From assembly GCA_963705105.1 (NCBI GenBank), contig CAVPIW010000006.1:544001-608000 (forward strand): 64,000 nt of DNA. Reading direction: 5' to 3'. Under the pieces are notes generated by a model. It worked only from the letters and a program-made list of their open reading frames with translations. It searched no databases and was not told the DNA's origin. This stretch comes from an uncultured Nitrospiraceae bacterium. GTDB taxonomy: Bacteria; Nitrospirota; Thermodesulfovibrionia; Thermodesulfovibrionales; Dissulfurispiraceae. Made by a program: the position numbers and the translations under genes. Below are positions 31,384 through 42,242 of the stretch, in pieces. How positions within the stretch are numbered: the first letter of the stretch is position 1; each line of letters opens with the position of its first letter.

Positions 31384-32599
31384 GCGCCTCAAGAGCGGCC
31401 CGCACCCTCCTCCCGTACTCATCCCTGCAGGTCTGCTCGATCGCGCAGAGTCGTTCGAAGGGCTCCCGGAAGTCCTGCGCCCCCGCCGTAAAAACACCAT
31501 GGCCGTAAACGATGGCGCCCCTGCCCTCCCGCATGGCCGCAGGCACGGTGTGCATGAGACCTGACGGACCGGTCCCGATGTCCCCCGACACGACAGGAAT
31601 GCCGGCGATGCGGTCCCTCATCATGGCCCCGGGAGCTATTGTGCAGACGTCTGGGGAAGAAACCATCGACATGATGACTGCGAACTTCGGATGGCCGTGG
31701 AGTATGGCCCTGCATTGCGTTTCGGCATAGATGTTCCGGTGGGCCGACAGCTCCGACGACGCGGTGATGCCGACCGATGACGACCCGTCGAGCGGCACGG
31801 CGTCGATGCACCCCCCCAGCTCGTCCATGGAGCTCCCGGTCTGGCTGATGAAGATGCTGCCGTCATAGAGATATGAGATGTTGCCGAAGTAGGAATCGAC
31901 AAGGCGGCGGTCCACAACGGCCCTGCCCGCCTCGCAGATCATCGAGATGACGTGGTCCTCGTCAACTGGAGGACCCGGCAGGAGGGATGCCGTCTCCCCG
32001 GCGGAACGGCTCACCTGCATCACCTCCCACACGCGGCTGAACTGACGAATAAAAGATTTGTCCGGCCGCGCCCCGCCGGCCACGGCCGATTCAAGATGGC
32101 TCAGACCCTTCGCGAAATAACAGACGAAAGTGGAAAAGCAGGCCGAGCTGAATGAAACGAAGGCCTGCTCCGGCGTCACCCTCCCGTGGGAAACGATGCC
32201 GCGGTCCCTGATGATCACCGACTTCCTCTGCGAGAGCGCCGACGAGATATCTTCAGCGGTGAAGGCATGGATGACGGGGATGTCGTGGAAAAACGTCCTC
32301 GTCTCGCAGTCTTCCGGGACGATCCGCTCAAGGCCGCCACAGGTGGTCCTCCGCGAGAGGAGATGGCCGCTGTCGCCGCAGAGCTCTGCGATGATCGTCC
32401 GGTAGGGCTCCGCGGGTTCGGCAAAGAGAAGGGCATTGATGCTCATTTGGTCGAAGAGTCGGCGAAGTTCCTCCGCTTCGGCAGGCGGCGCCCCCGCCGA
32501 GCAGATGTCGGCGTCGAGGGCCATGAGAAAGGCCCCGTCAGTGCGGGCCAGGCCCTGCGCCTCGAGCTTATGCTGATACTTCCTGAGCTGCCCCTGCAT
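31373..32599 (-). CDS. Class II aldolase/adducin-family protein, two-domain
   Basis: [35 protein letters not shown]-terminal part with [12 protein letters not shown]. Confidence 0.8.
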   Translation of the reverse strand: MQGQLRKYQHKLEAQGLARTDGAFLMALDADICSAGAPPAEAEELRRLFDQMSINALLFAEPAEPYRTIIAELCGDSGHLLSRRTTCGGLERIVPEDCETRTFFHDIPVIHAFTAEDISSALSQRKSVIIRDRGIVSHGRVTPEQAFVSFSSACFSTFVCYFAKGLSHLESAVAGGARPDKSFIRQFSRVWEVMQVSRSAGETASLLPGPPVDEDHVISMICEAGRAVVDRRLVDSYFGNISYLYDGSIFISQTGSSMDELGGCIDAVPLDGSSSVGITASSELSAHRNIYAETQCRAILHGHPKFAVIMSMVSSPDVCTIAPGAMMRDRIAGIPVVSGDIGTGPSGLMHTVPAAMREGRGAIVYGHGVFTAGAQDFREPFERLCAIEQTCRDEYGRRVRAALEALSG

Positions 32600-34295
32600 G
32601 TCCGTCAAATCCCCGGATGTTGTAATATCTCTCCCGCGCCGCGAGAAAGGATGCCCGGTCAATGGGTGGAATCCTGACGGAGCCGCCGGAGCTGCCTTCT
32701 TCCGTAAAAAAACGCCGCGGGAGGTCGTCCTCACGGGCCGTGAACCCATTGGACTCATTCAGCCTCCGCTCGAGTTTCCATATCTCCTCGCCGATTGACA
32801 GGAGGGACTGTACATGGTGGTGTCCGCCCGTCACGGCATTGACCGCCTTGGCGTACTCCTCCAGGGATGAGGCGAAAAAGACGAACTTGCAGGCCGTCAG
32901 TGAATCGACAACGGCGTTCATGTCTTCGGCGATCCTGATGATTCTCGCCTTGCCCTCGAAGGAAAACCGGTCTGTCGCGACGGGCTTTCGCAGGATCTCG
33001 TGGCTGACGGGATAGGCTCTGAGGTGGCATCCTCCCCTGTTGGACGTCGCATAGGCGAGGGCCATCCCGTAAGCCCCGCGGGGGTCGTAGGCGGGAAGCT
33101 CCAGCCCCTTGACGGTCATGCTCAGGTCTCCCCTGCCCCGGGCCACGGCATAGCGCAGGGAGCCCTCGGCAAGCTCGTCGCCCGTCCCGCTCCTGGAGGC
33201 GATGAGAGGCAGCCATTGCAGGATCTGCGAAGGCTGAAGGCATTTGCCCGTGATCTCACCGTGACATGCGAGTGTCGATGCGGCGCTGATGGTGTCGAGC
33301 CCGAGGTCGTTGCAGAGCCTGTTCGCCGCGACGATGTATGCCGGGTCGCTGCAGCCGTTCAGCGCTCCGAAATGTGAGACCGTCTCGTATTCCGGCATCA
33401 CCTCGCCGCCGGCGCCCCTCTTCTTGCAGAGGATGGGACAGCCTGCGCATCCCGTCCTCTTCGTCATGTACCGCGTCTTCAGACGGTAGCCCGAATAGTC
33501 TGAGGAGTTGGGGAAAAAGGTCTTGCGGAAGTTCTCCGTCGGCTCCATGCGCCGTGCGTGAATGAGGTCAACAAGGGCCGCTGTGCCGAACTCGGCGAGG
33601 CCGAATTCACCGAACACGGCGGGCGAGGCCCTGAGGAGGCGCATGATGTCCCCGCGGGCTTCCTCCAGACCTTCCGGGTCAGCAACGGGAATGCCGCCCG
33701 TCCCCCGCACGCGGATGAGCTTGAGCCGCTTTGCACCCATGACGGCGCCGAGCCCTCCCCTGCCGGCGTTGTAATGGCCGTCGACGACAATGGAGGCGAA
33801 CCGCACGAGACGCTCGCCGGCAGCGCCGATGGCGGCATAGGAATACTCCTTCGGAATCAGTGCTGCGATGTCGGAGAGGTTTTTCCCCTCCAGGGCCGGC
33901 GCTTTTTCGAGAACCACGGTGCCGTCATCGATCGTCAGGACGGACCAGTCATCGGACCTGCCGGTGATGGTGATGAAGTCGAAGCCCGCCCTTTTGAGCT
34001 GCGTGCCGAAACGTCCGCCCACTGAACAGTCGAAGATCGTTCCCGTTAAAGGCGATCTGGACACGACGGCCATGCGTCCCGACGTGGGTGTCGCCGTCCC
34101 GACAAGGGGGCCCGTGGCGAAGACGAGGGGCAAGGCAGGATCGTATGGAGACCTCGTCATGTGGTCCGAGACAAGGGCGACGCCGATCCCCCTGCCTCCA
34201 AGGTACCTGTCACAGAGATCTTTCGGCGTGTCACCGATGACGACGCTGCCCCTTGTCAGGTAAACATGAATGCACTTTCCGACGTAACCGGACAT
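32568..34295 (-). CDS. Aldehyde ferredoxin oxidoreductase family (W/Mo-pterin)
   Basis: YLGGRG, SPLTG, GRGGLGAVMGAK, CAGCPILC, EYET, GLDTIS, YDPR, RGGCHL. Confidence 0.95.
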   Translation of the reverse strand: MSGYVGKCIHVYLTRGSVVIGDTPKDLCDRYLGGRGIGVALVSDHMTRSPYDPALPLVFATGPLVGTATPTSGRMAVVSRSPLTGTIFDCSVGGRFGTQLKRAGFDFITITGRSDDWSVLTIDDGTVVLEKAPALEGKNLSDIAALIPKEYSYAAIGAAGERLVRFASIVVDGHYNAGRGGLGAVMGAKRLKLIRVRGTGGIPVADPEGLEEARGDIMRLLRASPAVFGEFGLAEFGTAALVDLIHARRMEPTENFRKTFFPNSSDYSGYRLKTRYMTKRTGCAGCPILCKKRGAGGEVMPEYETVSHFGALNGCSDPAYIVAANRLCNDLGLDTISAASTLACHGEITGKCLQPSQILQWLPLIASRSGTGDELAEGSLRYAVARGRGDLSMTVKGLELPAYDPRGAYGMALAYATSNRGGCHLRAYPVSHEILRKPVATDRFSFEGKARIIRIAEDMNAVVDSLTACKFVFFASSLEEYAKAVNAVTGGHHHVQSLLSIGEEIWKLERRLNESNGFTAREDDLPRRFFTEEGSSGGSVRIPPIDRASFLAARERYYNIRGFDGHAGAAQEVSA

Positions 34296-34624
34296 GATCG
34301 TATTCTACCATTGAACCGTCGCTGCCTTCCCATGCGACAATGTCAGTGTCGGTGGGATGAAGCTCCAAATCTCCAAACACTCAAGATATTCTCGCGCAAA
34401 GCCGCCCAGCGCGCAAATAAAGACCTTAACAGCATCAGTGACAGCATGAAAGGGGAGTCGTCCCGGTCATCGGGCCGTTCGGGGAACGGCCCCTGCAGTC
34501 TCTCGATTTCATCCCTTGTGTCACCAACCATTGCACGTACGCGGTGGTCTTGCGTTTCACCAAGGTCGCCGCTGCCCGCACGGGCGCTGCAAATATCGCG
34601 TGATCACTGTACAATATATGTGCC

Positions 34625-35257
34625 ATGCTCGAGTGGACCGAGTATATCAAAATCTTCACCACCCTCGTTGCGATAGTGAACCCTCTCGGGGCGATTCCTA
34701 TCTTCATCAGTCTCACGGGAAACCTGGCAACGCACCAACGCAAAAGCATCATCAATACTGCGAGCATAACCGTATGCGTGGTCCTGATAGTGGCTGCTCT
34801 CCTGGGCAAGCTTTTGCTCACTTTTTTCGGCATCAGCATCGCGTCGTTCAAGGTAGGAGGCGGTATCCTCCTGCTGCTCATGGCTATCTCGATGATGCAG
34901 GCCAAATACACGCAGACAAAACAGACCCCTGAAGAGGAGGCTGAAGCAGAGGAAAAAGAGAGCATCGGCGTGGTGCCGATCGCCATGCCGCTGCTCTCGG
35001 GGCCGGGCGCCATATCCACCGTCATCATCTATGCCGATGCCTCTGCCCACGCCTTCCACGTCGCCCTCATGATCGTAAGCAGTCTCCTGGTGGCGCTGTT
35101 GACCTGGATTGCATTGAATCTCGCCAGCCCGGTCAGAAACATGCTCAGTAAGACCGGAATCAACATCGCAACCCGTCTTATGGGACTGCTCCTGGCTGCC
35201 ATAGCTGTGGAATTTATTGCCGGGGGACTGACGGTGCTCCTTCCCGGACTGAAATAG
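34625..35257 (+). CDS. MarC/YchE family membrane protein
   Basis: IVNPLG, FKVGGGILL, VPIAMPLLSGPGAIST, TRLMGLLL. Confidence 0.93.
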   Translation: MLEWTEYIKIFTTLVAIVNPLGAIPIFISLTGNLATHQRKSIINTASITVCVVLIVAALLGKLLLTFFGISIASFKVGGGILLLLMAISMMQAKYTQTKQTPEEEAEAEEKESIGVVPIAMPLLSGPGAISTVIIYADASAHAFHVALMIVSSLLVALLTWIALNLASPVRNMLSKTGINIATRLMGLLLAAIAVEFIAGGLTVLLPGLK

Positions 35258-35275
35258 AAAGGAGGCGGTCTCTGT

Positions 35276-35953
35276 ATGCCTGCAGATGTGCCATTACATC
35301 GTCTCAGCGAGCTGCTGAAGAGTATGACCGTCTATGACATCTCCGTCCTTCTCGGCGGCGAATCGGTCGGCTATCCGGGCGACATGCCCTATGGCAGGAC
35401 CGTCACGTCCTTCATCGGTCAGCCGGGCACGTACGAGCTCTCCCATCTCGTCCTCAGTGCCCACGGGGGCACACACATCGATGTGCCGGCCCATTTCGTC
35501 CGCAACGGCAGGAGGATCGACGACTATGAACCGGGTGAGTTCATCTTCCCCGCCGTCGTCGTGCAGACAGAAACCTTTCCGTCCATCGTTGTGGATGACC
35601 TGGCAGTGATCAATCTGCAGGAGGGAGACGCCGTCCTCTTCAAGACCCGCAACTCCACGAGCGGACTGATTGAGAGCGGACAGTTCAGGGAAGACTTTGT
35701 TGCTCTTTCAGAGGAGGCGGCCCGGTTCCTCGCGGCCAGGCGGATCGGGTTGGTCGGTATTGACTATGTCTCGATCGAACGGCCTGACAGCAAGTCTTTC
35801 CCCGTGCACAGATCGCTGCTCGAAAACGACATCCTCATCCTCGAAAGCATCACCCTCCGGATCGTCCCGCCGGGCCGGTACACCCTCATCTGCCTTCCGC
35901 TGAAGATCAGGGACGGCGAGGCATCGCCGGTGCGTGCCATCCTCATCGGATAG
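35276..35953 (+). CDS. Cyclase family metal-dependent hydrolase (kynurenine formamidase-like)
   Basis: HGGTHIDVPAH, VGIDYVS, LPLKI.DGEASPVRA; start may be the Met at 35324. Confidence 0.9.
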   Translation: MPADVPLHRLSELLKSMTVYDISVLLGGESVGYPGDMPYGRTVTSFIGQPGTYELSHLVLSAHGGTHIDVPAHFVRNGRRIDDYEPGEFIFPAVVVQTETFPSIVVDDLAVINLQEGDAVLFKTRNSTSGLIESGQFREDFVALSEEAARFLAARRIGLVGIDYVSIERPDSKSFPVHRSLLENDILILESITLRIVPPGRYTLICLPLKIRDGEASPVRAILIG

Positions 35954-35954
35954 A

Positions 35955-36626
35955 TTACCGGTTCCTGCGGTCCAGGGACCAGTCGAGCGGATTGATCAGG
36001 GTGAATCCGAGGCTTTCGAGTTTCTTCTTCACCTTTGTCACGTTGTTGCTCAACAGATAGGTGAAGACGGCGCGCTTTCCCCCGTCCCAGCGGCGGGCCA
36101 CGAGGATGCTCCCGAAGGGAATCCCCTCCTCGGTGATGGCATCGACGATCTTTTTGGTCTGTCCCTGCTTGTCCTCCGCGAGGATGCCGAGGAGCTTGCC
36201 GGGTTCTTCGATATTGAGCACGTTGATAAACGCGCGCAGGAGATCACGGACCGACAGCATGCCCACCAGCTTGCCGTCCCGGTCCACGACGGGAAAGGCG
36301 CCGACGCGGATCTTCTGCGTGATCAGGAGGGCGTCCTGAATGGTGTCCGTCTCGTTCAGGGTGATGACATTCCTCGCCATGATGTCTTTCACCTTCAGTT
36401 TCCCGAAGCTCTCATGGGCCTTTGCATAATCCTCGCTCGTCAGGAACGATGAGGGGAGAGCGCTCCTCACATCCCGGTCCGTCACGATGCCGACGAGGTA
36501 GTTCTCACCATCCACCACCGGGAGATGCCGGATCTTGTTCTTTTCCATCTTTTCCCTGGCTTCCGTGAGACTGGCTTCCTCACCGATGGTTATGACGTTC
36601 GTCGTCATGGACTTATCGATAAACAT
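35955..36626 (-). CDS. AcuB-like CBS-pair plus ACT-like domain protein
   Basis: Two CBS repeats (IRHLPVVD...GIVTDRD; GAFPVVD) and C-terminal EDKQG ACT-like region; next to a deacetylase. Confidence 0.85.
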   Translation of the reverse strand: MFIDKSMTTNVITIGEEASLTEAREKMEKNKIRHLPVVDGENYLVGIVTDRDVRSALPSSFLTSEDYAKAHESFGKLKVKDIMARNVITLNETDTIQDALLITQKIRVGAFPVVDRDGKLVGMLSVRDLLRAFINVLNIEEPGKLLGILAEDKQGQTKKIVDAITEEGIPFGSILVARRWDGGKRAVFTYLLSNNVTKVKKKLESLGFTLINPLDWSLDRRNR

Positions 36627-36703
36627 AATCTCCTCCGTGGTCTGTTGGTGATTACAGGTCTGCCTTTCAGTTGCATGGAGAGGGTGTAGTGCAACGATGA
36701 GGT

Positions 36704-37678
36704 CTATACGCCGAGAAGGATCGCCACATGGTTCCTGATGAGTTCCGGCAGACGCTCAAGGCAGTAGCCGCCCTCCAGCACCGACACGAGCCGTCCTCCC
36801 GCATACCTCTCGGCCATCCCGACGATCCTTGTCATGATCCAGGAAAAGCACTCCGGCGAGAGGCGGATGCTTGACATATCATCTTCCGCAATAGCGTCGA
36901 AGCCGGCAGACACGAGCATGACCTGGGGCTTGAAATCGGCGAAGGCGGGAAAGAGATCGCGCTCCAGGAGCGTCCTGTATTCGTCATCCCCCTTGCAGGG
37001 GAGCACCGGCGTATTAAGGGTATAGCCGAGACCGGCGCCGGCGCCCTTCTCATGTTCCCGGCCCGTGCCGGGATAGGCGAAGGTGGGGTGCTCGTGTATG
37101 GAATAGAAGAACACCCCCGGGTCTTCCTCGAAGATGTGCTGCGTTCCGTTGCCGTGGTGGACATCGAAATCGATGATGCCGATCCTCTCTATGCCCCAGG
37201 TGCTCTGGATATATCGCGCCGCAATGGCTACGTTGTTGAAGTAACAGAATCCGAGGGCCTTCATCACCTCGGCGTGATGGCCCGGCGGTCGCACGGCGCA
37301 AAAAGCGTTGTCAAGTTCGCCTTCCATCACCAGCGTCACGGTGTTGACAATGCCGCCCACGGCGAGAAGCGCCGCCTCGAAGGTGTCGTAGCAGATCTGG
37401 TTGTCGGGGTGATCGAAATATTCCTTTTCCGAGAGGCAGGCCTCCTCAAAGCGATCGATATAATGGGGCGGGTGAACGGCCTCGATCCACGCGCGCTTCG
37501 CCCGTTTCGCTTTTATCACGCGGAGGTGGGGAAGGAGACCGCCCTCCTCGATGCCGCGGTATGCGGCGAGCAGGCGATCGGGAAGTTCCGGGTGATCGCG
37601 ATCGACGCGGTGCAGGAGAAACCGTTCGTCATAAAGCAGGCCTGTTCTTCTCAAATTCCGTGACCTCAGAAAACGCAT
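36704..37678 (-). CDS. Histone deacetylase family deacetylase (second paralogue)
   Basis: [33 protein letters not shown]; exact start uncertain. Confidence 0.93.
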   Translation of the reverse strand: MRFLRSRNLRRTGLLYDERFLLHRVDRDHPELPDRLLAAYRGIEEGGLLPHLRVIKAKRAKRAWIEAVHPPHYIDRFEEACLSEKEYFDHPDNQICYDTFEAALLAVGGIVNTVTLVMEGELDNAFCAVRPPGHHAEVMKALGFCYFNNVAIAARYIQSTWGIERIGIIDFDVHHGNGTQHIFEEDPGVFFYSIHEHPTFAYPGTGREHEKGAGAGLGYTLNTPVLPCKGDDEYRTLLERDLFPAFADFKPQVMLVSAGFDAIAEDDMSSIRLSPECFSWIMTRIVGMAERYAGGRLVSVLEGGYCLERLPELIRNHVAILLGV

Positions 37679-37784
37679 GTGAGTTAGTGTCAGATGAATA
37701 ATACATCTTCTCAACGGACAATTTCAAAAAGGACAAATAGGGCGTGCATAAGGGCTCCGGTGTCTGGTACGATAAAAACGTGGC

Positions 37785-39167
37785 ATGAGCAATATCATGA
37801 TGAATAGGCGTCTCAGGATCTTCTTCTCCGGCATCGGCGGCAGCGGCATGTCCGCCCTTGCGACGTTCATGTCCGGCAGGGGCAGCGAGATCGTCGGCTC
37901 CGACAGGGCCTTTGACAGGAACCCCCGTCATCCCGTTCACCAGGTCCTCCTGTCACGGGGCATAAAAATCGTGCCGCAGGACGGCAGGGGGCTCGACGGG
38001 TCCTTCGACATCGCAGTCTTCAGCACCGCCGTGGAAGGTGATCAGCCCGAGGCGGTCAGGGCGCGGTCACTGGGCCTGACCGTCATGACGAGACCGCAAT
38101 TCCTCGCCGGGATCGTCTCATCCCTCAGCACCATCGCCGTGGCAGGCACGAGCGGCAAGTCGACCACATCGGGCATGCTCGCCTTTCTCATGAGAGAGCT
38201 CTGCCTCGACCCGAGCTTCATAGGCGGCGGACGGGTCAAAGACTTCAGAACCGAACACAACCCGGGCAACGCCATCACCGGCACGTCGGACCATCTCGTC
38301 ATCGAGGCCTGCGAGTCCGACGGTACCATCGTCGACTATCACCCCGTCCGGACCATCATCCTCAACCTCGATCTCGACCACCACAGCATCGGGGACACAT
38401 CGGGGATGTTCAGGATGCTCATGGACAACACGAAGGGATTGATCATCGCGAATGGCGATGACAGAAATCTCAGGGAGATCGTTCCGGGAAATGCAGTAAC
38501 TTTTTCTCTTGACGCGCCGTCGGATTACAGGGTGGACAATATCCATCTGCTTCCACTCGGGAGCGCATTTTCCGCCAGAGGGGTGCCGTTGCGGCTCAAT
38601 CTCCCCGGCCGCTACAATATTTCAAATGCTGCCGCATGCATCGCCCTGCTGTCCGAGTTGGGAATACCGGTTCGGGACATAGCCCCTGCCCTTGAAAGAT
38701 TCCAGGGCATCGAGAGGCGCTTCGACATCCACCGCGACGACGCAGAGGGTCTCGTCATCGACGATTACGCTCACAATCCCCACAAGATCGCGGCCCTCAT
38801 GGAGGCCGTCAAGCCGCTCAGGGAGAGGATCTGCTACATCTTTCAGCCCCACGGGTTCGGCCCGACGCGCATGATGAAAAACGAATACATCGCGGCATTC
38901 GCCGATAACCTGCGTGACGGTGACCACCTCGTCGTCCTGCCGATTTTTTATGAGGGAGGGACAGTTGTGAGGGACATCTCCGGCAGGGACATCAGCGATG
39001 GGGTAGCTGCCCGGGGAAAGTCAGCCGAGGCAGTCACAGGGAGAGAGGAGATGCTCGGCAAAGTCAGCGGCTGGGACGGCTATGTCGTGCTCGGCGCCCG
39101 GGACGAGACGCTCTCCGATTTCGCCCGTCAGATCGCCCAAAGAGTCACGCCGCTTCGGAGGGGATGA
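37785..39167 (+). CDS. MurC/Mpl-like Mur ligase
   Basis: GIGGSGMSALA, AVAGTSGKSTT, IEACESD, DDYAHNP, FQPHG. Confidence 0.88.
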   Translation: MSNIMMNRRLRIFFSGIGGSGMSALATFMSGRGSEIVGSDRAFDRNPRHPVHQVLLSRGIKIVPQDGRGLDGSFDIAVFSTAVEGDQPEAVRARSLGLTVMTRPQFLAGIVSSLSTIAVAGTSGKSTTSGMLAFLMRELCLDPSFIGGGRVKDFRTEHNPGNAITGTSDHLVIEACESDGTIVDYHPVRTIILNLDLDHHSIGDTSGMFRMLMDNTKGLIIANGDDRNLREIVPGNAVTFSLDAPSDYRVDNIHLLPLGSAFSARGVPLRLNLPGRYNISNAAACIALLSELGIPVRDIAPALERFQGIERRFDIHRDDAEGLVIDDYAHNPHKIAALMEAVKPLRERICYIFQPHGFGPTRMMKNEYIAAFADNLRDGDHLVVLPIFYEGGTVVRDISGRDISDGVAARGKSAEAVTGREEMLGKVSGWDGYVVLGARDETLSDFARQIAQRVTPLRRG

Positions 39168-40410
39168 CCTTCAGTCCCCCCAGCATGGAGATGAATTCCC
39201 GGAGGAGATGCCGGTCGTATTCTCCGTTCTCCTGGAGTATCCTGGCCAGGGCATAGAAGGGTTTCATCGCCTTCCGGTAAGGACGATTGGTGGTGAGGGC
39301 ATCATAGCAGTCGACGATGCCCGTAATCCTCCCGAACAGGGACACGTCCCTACCTGAAAGACCCGCAGGATACCCTTTCCCGCTCAACTTCTCATGGTGC
39401 TCGACGACGGCGGAAACCGCCTCTCTCGGAATCCCTGGCTGGGACCGGACGATCTTTTCTCCCTCCGGCACGTGCTGTTGCATGACCTGGTACTCCCGGT
39501 TAGTGAGCCTGCCCATCTTGTTGAGAATCTCGTGGGGTATCGTCTTCTTGCCCACATCATGAAGAAGCGCGCCGATACCGAGCCGCTCGACATCATCCCT
39601 CGGCAGGCTGACGGCGACGCCGAGGCCGATGGCAAGGACTGCAACGTTGACCGAGTGGGCGTACGTGTATGAGTCGAAACTGTTGAGCGACAGGAGATCA
39701 TACATGACGTTCCTGTTGTCGAGAATGCCGTCGATCATCACGTTCACGGCGTCAACGGAAGTGCGCACCTTTTCATCGGTGATTGCGTTGTCGAGGAGAT
39801 CTTTCACAAGGATTTTCGAGTTCTCCTTCAGCGCGATGACCTGTGTCCGTTTCCTGTTCCTTCCGTCGGCGCCGGCCTGCATGAGGCCGCTGAGAAAATC
39901 CCTGTAGAGATCCACGTCGGTCTTATTTATGCAGAAGTCTCCCTCGACGGAAAGCACCGCATCCTCGACGGTTACCGGATGATGCTCAGTCGCCGTGAGC
40001 AGAGTTTCGCAGGAGTAGTCCTTCAGGACGTGAATGCTGAAGGGAACGGACAGCCCGGGCCTGAGAATTGACCGCTCTATCTGGAAGTACTGCTCTTTCT
40101 GATCGGTATAGCGGCTGAACGATTCCTGGGCCTCGACTGCCGGGGACTTGCGGACCCGGGGGGCGGAGGGAGGAGTTTCCAGGGAATGAGCGTCGCTCTT
40201 CCTGAGGAAGACTTCGGTGATCTTCCGTTCTCTCAGGACATCCCTCTCGTTTTCCGTCAGCCTGCCGCCGGCCTCCAAAAAACAGACAAAGGCAAGCCCG
40301 TCTTTTACATAAACCGGACAGGAAAGGGTCGAATCTTTGGGTACCTTGTCGACGTCGACGGGAACAAGCGGCTCCGCCGTCTCGATCTGCCGCCGTATGA
40401 TCATACTCAT
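39145..40410 (-). CDS. HD-GYP domain cyclic dinucleotide phosphodiesterase
   Basis: YTYAHSVNV, LLHDVGK, HHEKLSGKGYP, DCYDALTTNRPY. Confidence 0.92.
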   Translation of the reverse strand: MSMIIRRQIETAEPLVPVDVDKVPKDSTLSCPVYVKDGLAFVCFLEAGGRLTENERDVLRERKITEVFLRKSDAHSLETPPSAPRVRKSPAVEAQESFSRYTDQKEQYFQIERSILRPGLSVPFSIHVLKDYSCETLLTATEHHPVTVEDAVLSVEGDFCINKTDVDLYRDFLSGLMQAGADGRNRKRTQVIALKENSKILVKDLLDNAITDEKVRTSVDAVNVMIDGILDNRNVMYDLLSLNSFDSYTYAHSVNVAVLAIGLGVAVSLPRDDVERLGIGALLHDVGKKTIPHEILNKMGRLTNREYQVMQQHVPEGEKIVRSQPGIPREAVSAVVEHHEKLSGKGYPAGLSGRDVSLFGRITGIVDCYDALTTNRPYRKAMKPFYALARILQENGEYDRHLLREFISMLGGLKVIPSEAA

Positions 40411-40621
40411 CTTATCGGCGAAACCCGATGATGTCTCACCGGACGGCCGGAGATATCCCGGTGCTGCGGCTACACACCTGACCTTGCAGTTGCGGGGCGA
40501 AGCGCCTCAAAGCCTTGCTGAAGGCGGCAATAAGGTTGATGCAACTATTTCCATATCAACCAAAAAGATTCGATCCGTGAATTGTGTCGGACCCCGGCAA
40601 TGACTGGATGATCGAGGAATT

Positions 40622-41035
40622 CTACAGGATTTCCAGGGCTGAGAAGAAGTACGGTATCTCAAAAGCTGCGGACTCGGGCGAGTCGGAGCCGTGGACGACG
40701 TTCCGCTCCACATTCTCGGCGAAGTCCTTCCTGATCGTGCCCGGCGCAGCATTGGCGGGGTTCGTCGCGCCCATGATGTCGCGCACCTTTGAAATGGCCT
40801 GATCCCCCTCGATGACCATGACGACGATGGGTCCCTCGGACATGAAATCAGTCAGGCTGTCATAGAAAGGCCTCTCCTTATGGACGATGTAGAATCCCTG
40901 CGCCTCTTCCTTCGAAAGGGCTATCTTCCTGAGAGCCGCTATGCGCAGCCCCTGTTTCTCAAAGCGGCTGATGACCTCGCCGATGACATTCTTCTTGACG
41001 CCGTCGGGCTTGATGATCGAAAGCGTTCTCTCCAT
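40622..41035 (-). CDS. ndk: Nucleoside diphosphate kinase
   Basis: [18 protein letters not shown]. Confidence 0.98.
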   Translation of the reverse strand: MERTLSIIKPDGVKKNVIGEVISRFEKQGLRIAALRKIALSKEEAQGFYIVHKERPFYDSLTDFMSEGPIVVMVIEGDQAISKVRDIMGATNPANAAPGTIRKDFAENVERNVVHGSDSPESAAFEIPYFFSALEIL

Positions 41036-41072
41036 TCCGTTCTCCTTGTATAACAGATATTTTTAGACTATT

Positions 41073-41204
41073 GTTGCAGACGCCCCCCCGGAAAGGCGGG
41101 GCTGGGGTGAATGCGCCGCAAACCTTGATGCGGCGACACCATAACAGTCACAAAAGACAACATTATTAGTCAACAGCTGACACTCACACTCTCACTCACA
41201 CTGA
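41073..41204 (+). repeat. Intergenic modular repeat, truncated short unit (copy R8)
   Basis: GTTGCAGACGCC..GGAAAGGCGGGGCTGGGGTGAATGCGCCG...CTGACACTCACACTCTCACTCACACTG. Confidence 0.85.
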
Positions 41205-42131
41205 TTATATATTGATGATGCCGCAGAGCTCCCTGACCGCCGCAACAGACTTCGCAAAATCCTGCCGCTCCTGCTCGTTCAGGTTCAGCTCGACGATCCT
41301 CTGCAGGCCGCCCTCGCCGAGGATCACGGGTACGCCTGTGTACACGTCCTTTACCCCGTACTCGCCGTCCAGGTAGGCTGAGCAGGGCAGCATCCGCCGC
41401 TCGTCCAGGAGAATGGCCTTAACCATCTGGAACGTCGAGGCTGCCGGCGCATAGTAGGCGCTGCCCGTCTTCAGCAGGGCGACGATCTCTGCGCCGCCGC
41501 TTTTCGTCCTTGTGACAAGCGCATCGATCCGGTCCTTGCTCAGCAGTTCCGTGATGGGGACTCCTTTGACGGTCGTGAACCGGGGCAGCGGGGTCATGAG
41601 ATCACCGTGCCCCCCGAGAACGAGGGCCTCCACGTCCTCGGGCGAAACTCCGCATTCCCATGCTACGAAAGTCCTGAATCGCGCCGAGTCGAGGACTCCG
41701 CCCATCCCGAGCACCCGTTTCGAATCGAAGCCGGAAACCTTGAAAGTCAACTGGGCCATGACATCCATGGGGTTCGTGACGGCAATGTAGACCGCCTGAG
41801 GCGAGAGCTTCATCGTGTTCTCGACGACACCCGACACGACTTTGGCGTTCGCCATGAGCAGGTCGTCCCTGCTCATGCCGGGCTTCCTGGCCAGACCGGC
41901 GGTGACAACGACGACCGAGGAGCCTGCTGTGGGGCCGTACTCGTTCGTCCCGACGACGGATGAGGCCGACGCCCAGAGGGGACAGGCCTCGGACAGGTCG
42001 AGGGCCTTGCCCTGGGGCATGCCCTCCGCGATATCGTAGAGCACCACATCGGCGATGCCGGACTGTGCGATCATATGGGCGAGGGAAGCACCCACGTTCC
42101 CAGCGCCGACAACGGTAACCTTGTTTTTCAT
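41205..42131 (-). CDS. mdh: Malate dehydrogenase (LDH-like)
   Basis: VGAGNVG, ARKPGMSRDDL, VLGGHGD, GSAYYAP. Confidence 0.96.
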   Translation of the reverse strand: MKNKVTVVGAGNVGASLAHMIAQSGIADVVLYDIAEGMPQGKALDLSEACPLWASASSVVGTNEYGPTAGSSVVVVTAGLARKPGMSRDDLLMANAKVVSGVVENTMKLSPQAVYIAVTNPMDVMAQLTFKVSGFDSKRVLGMGGVLDSARFRTFVAWECGVSPEDVEALVLGGHGDLMTPLPRFTTVKGVPITELLSKDRIDALVTRTKSGGAEIVALLKTGSAYYAPAASTFQMVKAILLDERRMLPCSAYLDGEYGVKDVYTGVPVILGEGGLQRIVELNLNEQERQDFAKSVAAVRELCGIINI

Positions 42132-42242
42132 TGTGTTGTCTCCTTATTATTCACTCTTTGCTTTAGATAATACTGCATAAGACACACGACGATCAAGCAG
42201 TTCGGGGAACGGCCTCAACATGTCATTCGCACGACCAACTTT

